From a phage: a stretch of DNA of 64,000 nucleotides. The notes beneath the pieces are model-generated. The model had not been told where the DNA came from, searched no databases, and saw only the letters and a list, made by a program, of their open reading frames with translations. Shown in pieces: positions 57,994 to 64,000 of the stretch. The DNA lies in assembly GCA_037574385.1 (NCBI GenBank), contig GCA_037574385.1_4529.1; one strand, 5' to 3'. A program made the translations under genes and the position numbers. How positions within the stretch are numbered: position 1 is the stretch's first letter; the number at the start of each line of letters is the position of its first letter.

Positions 57994-58230
57994 TTAACCG
58001 CTTACTGGTGTAGGGGTAAACATTGCGGCGTTCTTAGTTTTCCAAGTTGCTGCATCAGAAACGACATCAGAATAAGCTGCCTTTTCTGATGGAAAGATTT
58101 GGTAATGAGAATCTGCAATCCGATGTTCGTTTGAATAAATCTCAAACGGAACAGAAACTTCCATACCTTTAACTTCTTTACCTTCACCAGCTGGATGCGT
58201 GAAGGTTTTGATATTAACGAAACCACCCAT
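57994..58230 (-). CDS. soc: Small outer capsid protein Soc
   Basis: 78 aa (T4 Soc 80 aa); GFVNIKTF, HYQ.FPSEKAAYS match T4 Soc; followed by strong intrinsic terminator. Confidence 0.75.
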   Translation of the reverse strand: MGGFVNIKTFTHPAGEGKEVKGMEVSVPFEIYSNEHRIADSHYQIFPSEKAAYSDVVSDAATWKTKNAAMFTPTPVSG

Positions 58231-58271
58231 AATAAACTCCTTTGTTGTTTAATTACAGGTGTATTTATAAC

Positions 58272-58553
58272 TTACAATTTAGCAGCTTGGACTGCTTTAT
58301 TGGCTTCAGTCATTTTAGCTAGATTTTCAGCAGTAGGATTAGCAATGTATTCGGCTGTAGCTTGAGCAAAAACATTATGAGTTTCGATTACATTTTTAGC
58401 ATTTTCAGTATTCATATCAATTTCTTGTTTAGATAAATTTTTTAGTTGATTGGCTAAGAGTTCTACAAAGATTTCAACATTAGCGTTTTCAATTATAGCA
58501 TTAATATGCTTCTTACGAGCTTTCTTAAGCTGACGTTTATTTAAACGAGACAT
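58272..58553 (-). CDS. Hypothetical basic/alpha-helical protein
   Basis: 93-aa ORF abutting gene 56. Confidence 0.45.
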   Translation of the reverse strand: MSRLNKRQLKKARKKHINAIIENANVEIFVELLANQLKNLSKQEIDMNTENAKNVIETHNVFAQATAEYIANPTAENLAKMTEANKAVQAAKL

Positions 58554-59089
58554 TAATAACCTCGGTCCTGACGAGCAAAGTTCTCGGCGTTTTTCAGGTA
58601 ATACAGTTTAAAGATTTCTTCTGCAGTCAGTCCAAGGCCATGGAACATATTCAGAACAAAGTGGAGGATATCAATCATTTCGAATTTAATTTCGAGCTGG
58701 TCTTCAGGAGACAACTCATCAATACGACGATTACGGAATTCAGCATGTTGTACTTTCCAAGGCTTCCATACACTGCTGGCAGCTTTTTCACCATTGCTCA
58801 TACCACCAAGTGAAGTCAGCAGTTCACGGAATTCATCATCAATATAATCTTTCTGATTACGCAGCCAATCAACAACATCGCCAGCAGTGGCCAATTCATC
58901 AGGATGTTTGTTATGTTCAGGCTTGTCATTTGCCAGACGAACCTGTAAAGATTTCTGCATATCAAGCATAACTTGCAGTGGGTCTTTATCTTCGTGAATC
59001 AGAGCATTAAAATAAGCTTCTTCTGCTTTATCAACACCAGAAATAAGTTGTGAACATTCGTTAAAGTGTGCCATTATTTTTCCTTTCAA
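58553..59089 (-). CDS. 56: dCTPase/dUTPase gp56 (MazG-like nucleotide pyrophosphohydrolase)
   Basis: 178 aa (T4 gp56 171 aa); MAHFNEC, DPLQVMLDMQ, DELATAGDVV, SPEDQLEIKFE, IFKLYYLKN, NFARQDRGY match T4 gp56. Confidence 0.85.
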   Translation of the reverse strand: MKGKIMAHFNECSQLISGVDKAEEAYFNALIHEDKDPLQVMLDMQKSLQVRLANDKPEHNKHPDELATAGDVVDWLRNQKDYIDDEFRELLTSLGGMSNGEKAASSVWKPWKVQHAEFRNRRIDELSPEDQLEIKFEMIDILHFVLNMFHGLGLTAEEIFKLYYLKNAENFARQDRGY

Positions 59090-59163
59090 TTCAGTAATAA
59101 GTGAGTTAATTCTAACATTAATTTTATAAAGCGTAATAAATAATAGGTAACTAAGGAGATATT

Positions 59164-59361
59164 ATGTTTAAACTTCCATCGTTAATCAACGCTATTAAAG
59201 GCAATAAAAAGAAAACTGCTATCGCTGCAATAGTTGTAGGCGGCATTATTTCATGGAACTTCGGGATTGCACCATTGTTAGTTGCCCATGGTGTTATAGT
59301 TCCTTCTGTTCCATTGGATACTGTAGTTGATTTGGCCTTTGCTATTATAGGGCTTGTTTAA
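59164..59361 (+). CDS. Small membrane protein (65 aa), + strand
   Basis: Strong SD AAGGAGAT 5 nt before ATG; two hydrophobic segments; convergent with and 4-nt overlapping the gene 61 stop; occupies the 56-61 interval where T-even phages carry dam. Confidence 0.5.
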   Translation: MFKLPSLINAIKGNKKKTAIAAIVVGGIISWNFGIAPLLVAHGVIVPSVPLDTVVDLAFAIIGLV

Positions 59362-60380
59362 ATCTTCGAATAACGAGATAATCTCATTTTAGCATGCAAC
59401 CCACTTGAAATATTCTGTTTCATATATTCTAAAATTTCTTGTGGTGTTGCATTTTCTTTCATTACCATATCATTCACATCCTTTGATCTCCATGGAGCTC
59501 TATCCCAGAACATAACACGTTCGCCTGCATCTACTAATCGCTTCATACGAGCTATAGTATCCGGATGCCTAGGTTCATTATCCATTACCCATACCCGACG
59601 TTCTTTAAATGGTACCACATCTAAATCTATTGAGCCGCCTGTAATAGCGATTGCATTGGGTATGAATAAACTATCAATAGGGCCTTCCATTACCCAGACG
59701 TCTCCTTCCTTAACACGTTCAACACCATAAATTTTTGTTGCAGACTCAAACGCTTTAATAGTGATATATTTCTGAGGAGCATCTTTACGAAGTGCACGTC
59801 CTTGGAATGACTCGGCCTTCCCGTCTTTATTAAAAATAGGAATCACTAAACGTGGTTCAGGAATCTCTTTCTTATACGTACCAGGTTGAATTTTGTTAAC
59901 CAATTTAGGCCATTCTAATGTGAACCATAATCTGTTCCACGATTCTTTAGGAATACACCGAGACTTAACATATTTCACAATAGGATGCTCTTCAGGCAGC
60001 TTGTCCAGACGAGAACAAGACGGCAAAGAATTTATAGTCTTTTTCTCCGGTTCTGGTTTATGTTCAGGAACCTTTTCAATCTTTGGTTCCATTCTAGCTT
60101 TTTCTTTACGAACTTCCATTAGATATTCACGATAAAGATCTTCGTCATACTCTTTTAAGTATCCGGAAATTGTATTATGATATTGACAGTTATAGCAATG
60201 CACATTACCTGGAGTACCGCCATAATACCATCCGCGAGCTTTCATTGCATCTGTCTGAGAGTCGCCACAAACTGGACAACGAAACGTTAATTTAAATGTG
60301 CTTGAATTATTGATTTGTCTAAAACGAGGTAGGTGAGAAAACGCACGATAAGCAAATTCATTATCTATCCATTCAGCCAT
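59358..60380 (-). CDS. 61: DNA primase gp61
   Basis: 340 aa (T4 gp61 342 aa); N-terminal zinc ribbon CPVCGDS...CYNCQYH; Toprim-like core. Confidence 0.85.
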   Translation of the reverse strand: MAEWIDNEFAYRAFSHLPRFRQINNSSTFKLTFRCPVCGDSQTDAMKARGWYYGGTPGNVHCYNCQYHNTISGYLKEYDEDLYREYLMEVRKEKARMEPKIEKVPEHKPEPEKKTINSLPSCSRLDKLPEEHPIVKYVKSRCIPKESWNRLWFTLEWPKLVNKIQPGTYKKEIPEPRLVIPIFNKDGKAESFQGRALRKDAPQKYITIKAFESATKIYGVERVKEGDVWVMEGPIDSLFIPNAIAITGGSIDLDVVPFKERRVWVMDNEPRHPDTIARMKRLVDAGERVMFWDRAPWRSKDVNDMVMKENATPQEILEYMKQNISSGLHAKMRLSRYSKI

Positions 60381-60419
60381 AGTATTCTCCAGAGGCCTTA
60401 AATTAATAAGGCCATCATA

Positions 60420-60914
60420 TCACAACTTATTGATATTTACTTTAATTCGCTTTCTTTTCTTGGAAGGAATTTGTTCTGGACCTTTATTTACGACTGCACC
60501 TGTAGTTGTTCCTGATGCAATAGCTTGAGGACTGCCACCTGAATCACCAGCCACCATATCCTCAAATAAAGGGAGTTCTTTAAATATTTCTTTCTGCTGT
60601 TCTTCTGTAATGTTATAGCGGGATGCTACAGCACTCCAGGCAGACATCATTGAGGCCATTCCATTAAGACCCGGAACAGTGCTCATCATTCGCTTCATTG
60701 AACGAACTGAAGCATGAAAAGGTGTATAAGCCGCTTTCTCTTCAGGAGTGGAAGGACGTTTAAGAACACTTCCACGTTCGTCGATGATTTTGGCTTCATA
60801 CGCTTTCCATTCGGTAAAAGGTTTTTGCATTAGACGAATAAACTTATATGCATAAACTGAATCTATTGCAGTGTTAATAATACCCATAGGTACCTCCTGA
60901 GTATATTTAATCAA
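60420..60914 (-). CDS. Hypothetical protein (61.1 position)
   Basis: 164-aa ORF downstream of primase. Confidence 0.5.
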   Translation of the reverse strand: MIKYTQEVPMGIINTAIDSVYAYKFIRLMQKPFTEWKAYEAKIIDERGSVLKRPSTPEEKAAYTPFHASVRSMKRMMSTVPGLNGMASMMSAWSAVASRYNITEEQQKEIFKELPLFEDMVAGDSGGSPQAIASGTTTGAVVNKGPEQIPSKKRKRIKVNINKL

Positions 60915-61104
60915 TCACAAAGATCGCTTTATCACCGTTCGCATCTGTGACTTCATATGTAGTGTCTTCATAGTGTGGAATATTCCAAATTACACCGTCA
61001 TTAGCTTTTACGCTAATATGACATTGGTGTTTTGAAACAACTTCATAATCTTCAAAACTTGTAAAAACACTAATTTTAGAACCAGTGCAAATTGCAGTAG
61101 TCAT
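60907..61104 (-). CDS. Hypothetical protein
   Basis: 65-aa ORF. Confidence 0.4.
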   Translation of the reverse strand: MTTAICTGSKISVFTSFEDYEVVSKHQCHISVKANDGVIWNIPHYEDTTYEVTDANGDKAIFVID

Positions 61105-61105
61105 T

Positions 61106-61765
61106 TTAACCTCGATTCATAAATGCATTAAATATTTGGTCATCAACAGAAATTTCTAATTCGACTTCAATTGCTTCAGCCTTTTCTTCAGGTGGTAATT
61201 CGTATCCACACACTACAATTTTTTCATCGATATCAAAATATACAGAAGCAATATGATTAATGTTATTTTCAGTTAAGTCTAAATCAACATCAACATCTTT
61301 TTGACCTACACTTAAAGGATAACTAATACGGGTTATTTTATTATCTTTAACAAAGAGTCCACCAACATACTCTGTACTACGTTTGAAGTTTACACGTTTC
61401 CGAATTGAAAGATATGATGCATCTTTACCGTGAGCTCGGCTCATAGGACATAATGAATAACTAGAATAAGAGATATCAAATCCTACGCCTTCAACATGTG
61501 CCAGAGTATCATGAGTAAACCAATTATAGTCGTATGCCAAATCCATTAAATTATAATATGTGAACGGAACTGGATTAACGTCATACGTTGTACCTTTAAA
61601 ATCTGCCCAGGCAACGATTTCGTTATCTTTAACAATTACAAAAATTACACCAATATGGTATCCGTTATTATTTTCATTCGGCGTTATATTATAACATTGT
61701 GCATTAGGAAATTTACCATATTTAAATGGCGCGTTTTTGTGCATATAATAAATCATATTATTCAC
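61106..61765 (-). CDS. Hypothetical protein
   Basis: 219-aa ORF. Confidence 0.5.
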   Translation of the reverse strand: MNNMIYYMHKNAPFKYGKFPNAQCYNITPNENNNGYHIGVIFVIVKDNEIVAWADFKGTTYDVNPVPFTYYNLMDLAYDYNWFTHDTLAHVEGVGFDISYSSYSLCPMSRAHGKDASYLSIRKRVNFKRSTEYVGGLFVKDNKITRISYPLSVGQKDVDVDLDLTENNINHIASVYFDIDEKIVVCGYELPPEEKAEAIEVELEISVDDQIFNAFMNRG

Positions 61766-62051
61766 CTGTGATTTCGGTTACGATATCTTTGTTATCGAAA
61801 TTAGGGTCACAATACAAAACATAGTTGTACTGCATGATACCGCCAGACTTAAGTTGTTCAACAACTTTATTAACCATATTAGGACGGTCTCGTTTAGTGA
61901 TGTTCATGATATCAGAGAAGATTTGTTGTTCAACATCTTCTTGATTTGCAGTCATTGACCACTCACAGAGGTCTTTATCATAACCTGCTGTAACTGGAGC
62001 TGGTGCACATGATACTGCAAGTAAGATTGCTGCCAATGATAACTTTTTCAT
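61758..62051 (-). CDS. sp: Spackle periplasmic protein (gp5 lysozyme inhibitor, superinfection exclusion)
   Basis: 97 aa, same as T4 Sp; signal peptide; AGYDKDLCEWSMTA, DIMNI.KRDRP, LKSGG.MQYNYVLYCD match T4 Sp. Confidence 0.7.
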   Translation of the reverse strand: MKKLSLAAILLAVSCAPAPVTAGYDKDLCEWSMTANQEDVEQQIFSDIMNITKRDRPNMVNKVVEQLKSGGIMQYNYVLYCDPNFDNKDIVTEITGE

Positions 62052-62114
62052 TTTAACTCCTTAGTTGATTTGATAGGACTACTATACTATAGTCCATCTA
62101 TAATGTAAACAAGT

Positions 62115-62363
62115 TTATTCTTTTTCGCGAATAATAATTACTTGTTGAGGCTGCTGAGCAGATTTCTTTTCGGCAACGATAGACCAAATTAAAGTTCCAA
62201 TCCAACCAACCATCGTCCAGTTAAAGAGCAAAGATACAAAGAAGATTGCTGTTGTGCTTTTTGTGCCACGAATAAGTGCGATTACCCAAGGCAACATGTA
62301 AATGATGATTGAACCAATACCTGCGATTAAAACTGCTACTGAACTAGCTACGAATAATTCCAT
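62115..62363 (-). CDS. Two-TM inner-membrane protein
   Basis: 82 aa with two long hydrophobic segments and charged C-terminus; directly next to sp. Confidence 0.5.
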   Translation of the reverse strand: MELFVASSVAVLIAGIGSIIIYMLPWVIALIRGTKSTTAIFFVSLLFNWTMVGWIGTLIWSIVAEKKSAQQPQQVIIIREKE

Positions 62364-62424
62364 GTTAATTTCCTCTTGATTTGTTATGTTTATAGTATCT
62401 TGTTTTAACTTTGGCGTAAACCAA

Positions 62425-62793
62425 TTAATTAAATTTGTTTAAACGTTCAATACACTGGACGTAGTTATTCGCGATTTGTTTCTGGGTAGGCTCTTTACCA
62501 GTTGTTTCAATATAGCGAATGAATGCGATTTCAGTAGCCTGTAAGCAATGTTCTTTAACGCGTTGTTCTTTTGTCAATGCTACAGTATCAGAATCACGAT
62601 AACGTTGAGCATGGGCATCAGCTTGAATCATTCGATTACCTACAGTAACCGGGTCTTCCACTTCAACTTTAGGTTGGTTGTACTGTTTAACATTCGGGTT
62701 ATAAATCAATTGGCCAACATTATTAGGGATAAAGCCGTGAGCACCACATCCAGTTAATCCGAATACCATTGCTAAAGCGATTAATTTTTTCAT
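62425..62793 (-). CDS. Putative lipoprotein
   Basis: 122 aa; signal peptide with lipobox LTGC. Confidence 0.55.
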   Translation of the reverse strand: MKKLIALAMVFGLTGCGAHGFIPNNVGQLIYNPNVKQYNQPKVEVEDPVTVGNRMIQADAHAQRYRDSDTVALTKEQRVKEHCLQATEIAFIRYIETTGKEPTQKQIANNYVQCIERLNKFN

Positions 62794-62864
62794 TTCAATT
62801 TCCTCTGTAGTTGATAAAAAGATAGTAACACAGTATGTGGTGCTTGTAAACAGTTATTTTAAAA

Positions 62865-63074
62865 TTATCGAAAATCAGCTTCAAAAACTTTCTCGTCATT
62901 AATAAATGCTTTAACAAGTGCACTGTTCACTTCGGCGAGTTGTACCGCAACCCACTCGATTTCTTCACGATCACCTGATAACATGATATCTTTAGTGAAC
63001 ATCTCACCACTTTTAAACCAGCCAATAAAAGTAATTTTAGTTAATTTGCTCATATTTCCTCGCAAAATGCCCAT
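62865..63074 (-). CDS. Hypothetical small protein; weak positional candidate for Dmd (RnlA/LsoA antitoxin)
   Basis: 69-aa tracked ORF (about 62 aa from internal Met MSKLTKITFIGWF); size near T4 Dmd (60 aa) and in the 61-41 interval; identity unverified. Confidence 0.3.
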   Translation of the reverse strand: MGILRGNMSKLTKITFIGWFKSGEMFTKDIMLSGDREEIEWVAVQLAEVNSALVKAFINDEKVFEADFR

Positions 63075-63367
63075 TCAGCGTGATAAACTGTAGCACCTTT
63101 AGTATCGTTCATTTGAACTACGTCTACCGGAGAAATTACTCGATAGAGACGTGGTTCACCTCCATAAGAGCGTGCTGCTCGTCCTGCATAAATCTTTGCT
63201 AAACCGATATCTTCAGTAAAGAATACACGATTCAAGTTTTTCTTACGTCCAGTTTCAGACAGAACTCCTGTTTCTTCAGGAGGACAAAGCATGTTTTCGA
63301 TGTTAGCTGAACTACTTGAACCGTGATAAAAAATCTTAAATTCTGCTTTACAATCGATGGTTTTCAT
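63050..63367 (-). CDS. Hypothetical protein with H-G-S / Y / E pattern
   Basis: 105 aa; FYHGSSS, KIYAG and YHAEW elements occur in the order seen in H-Y-E class ADP-ribosyltransferase folds, but the protein is short; tentative. Confidence 0.4.
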   Translation of the reverse strand: MKTIDCKAEFKIFYHGSSSSANIENMLCPPEETGVLSETGRKKNLNRVFFTEDIGLAKIYAGRAARSYGGEPRLYRVISPVDVVQMNDTKGATVYHAEWAFCEEI

Positions 63368-63422
63368 TTTGTTCTCCAGTAGTTGATAGGTCTATAATAA
63401 CACAACTACTGGAGAAGTAAAC
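63368..63422 (-). promoter_or_regulatory. Early promoter module with 14-bp inverted repeat pairing spacer to SD region
   Basis: GTTTACTTCTCCAGTAGTTGTGTTATTATAGACCTATCAACTACTGGAGAACAAAATG; arms TTCTCCAGTAGTTG / CAACTACTGGAGAA. Confidence 0.5.
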
Positions 63423-63797
63423 TTAAAAACGTAATTTAGATATATCTGCGTTGATTTCGTTTTGGTTTGCGTCGTATGCAATTAAACGAACCGCTTTAGA
63501 TGGGTCATTCAATGCATAGAAATGATGGAACATTGCTCGAACGATATCACCATTTACGAGTTCTACCTGGATAGGAGAACCTTTTTCTAGTTGGAAATGT
63601 TCATAAGCTTTGATGGTTCGCAGATAATCAAGTTTTTGATTTCCGGCTCCAACAATTTGTACGATACGTTTGCCCATGTTTTCCATACGAGATACAATAG
63701 TTTTAGGAGCAAGAATAACGTAGGTTGCCAACGGAGAAACTACTTCAACAGTTGTGTTTTCGGTGATTGCAGTAAAAATTGCTTGAGACATATTCAT
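63423..63797 (-). CDS. Hypothetical protein
   Basis: 124-aa ORF with PeSL-type promoter upstream and UUCG hairpin after the gene 41 stop. Confidence 0.5.
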   Translation of the reverse strand: MNMSQAIFTAITENTTVEVVSPLATYVILAPKTIVSRMENMGKRIVQIVGAGNQKLDYLRTIKAYEHFQLEKGSPIQVELVNGDIVRAMFHHFYALNDPSKAVRLIAYDANQNEINADISKLRF

Positions 63798-63862
63798 AAT
63801 GTTTTCCTCTTGGTTGGTGTAAGTACATCATATCATGCCTAGAGGAAGATGTAAACCCCGAA

Positions 63863-63880
63863 AGGAGACCGAAGTCTCCT
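63863..63880 (-). terminator. UUCG-tetraloop hairpin after gene 41
   Basis: AGGAGAC-UUCG-GUCUCCU just after the candidate gp41 stop. Confidence 0.5.
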
Positions 63881-63893
63881 TTTTATTAAAATT

Positions 63894-64000
63894 TTAACTC
63901 ATTGGCTAAGCTATCTAGGTCAGCACGTGTTGCTTTGGCTTTACCTACGCGTTCCGTACGATTCACCTCTGCCTGACGCATCTGAGCACCTGCGTTTTCA
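63894..64000 (-). CDS. 41: Replicative DNA helicase gp41, 3' end only (continues beyond window)
   Basis: Open frame ending ...RADLDSLANELKF-stop at about 63894; identity inferred from synteny (61 cluster then 41). Confidence 0.45.

Overview
This window is a contiguous segment of a T4-like (Tevenvirinae) myovirus genome, read by eye from protein similarity and gene order; no searches were run. It covers the T4-equivalent block from alt/gene 30 through gene 41. Recognised core genes, in window order: alt, DNA ligase (30), rIII, 31, cd, pseT, a spanin pair, RNA ligase 1 (63), denA, nrdB, nrdA, td, frd, 32, 59, 33, dsbA, rnh, the long-tail-fibre operon 34-35-36-37-38 and holin t on the + strand, then asiA, motA, 52, ndd, rIIB, rIIA, 39, dexA, dda, a Mod-type ADP-ribosyltransferase, soc, 56, 61, sp and the 3' end of 41. 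Nearly all genes are on the - strand. Several traits point to an RB69/T2-like rather than T4-like lineage: td and nrdB are intact single ORFs with no intron, gene 39 is a 605-aa fused 39+60 topoisomerase subunit, gp38 is a glycine-rich adhesin, and no seg/mob homing endonuclease genes are seen. The accessory content most worth follow-up is: a GT-B glycosyltransferase between rIIA and gene 39 (candidate DNA hypermodification enzyme), a phage-encoded AroG-like DAHP synthase beside cd, a NADAR/YbiA-like protein translationally coupled to a HAD phosphatase near alt, a tandem triplicated paralog family, a 370-bp structured ORF-free region next to rIII, and about ten small ORFs below the 60-aa cutoff of the ORF track. 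Intergenic regions carry a recurring early-promoter module with an inverted repeat around the -10 element (PeSL-like) and many UUCG-tetraloop hairpins. The ORF track uses GTG/TTG starts, so several tracked ORFs are over-extended through promoters; corrected starts are given where evident. Hand-derived coordinates for small ORFs and regulatory motifs may be off by a few nucleotides. No CRISPR arrays, tRNAs or transposons were found.
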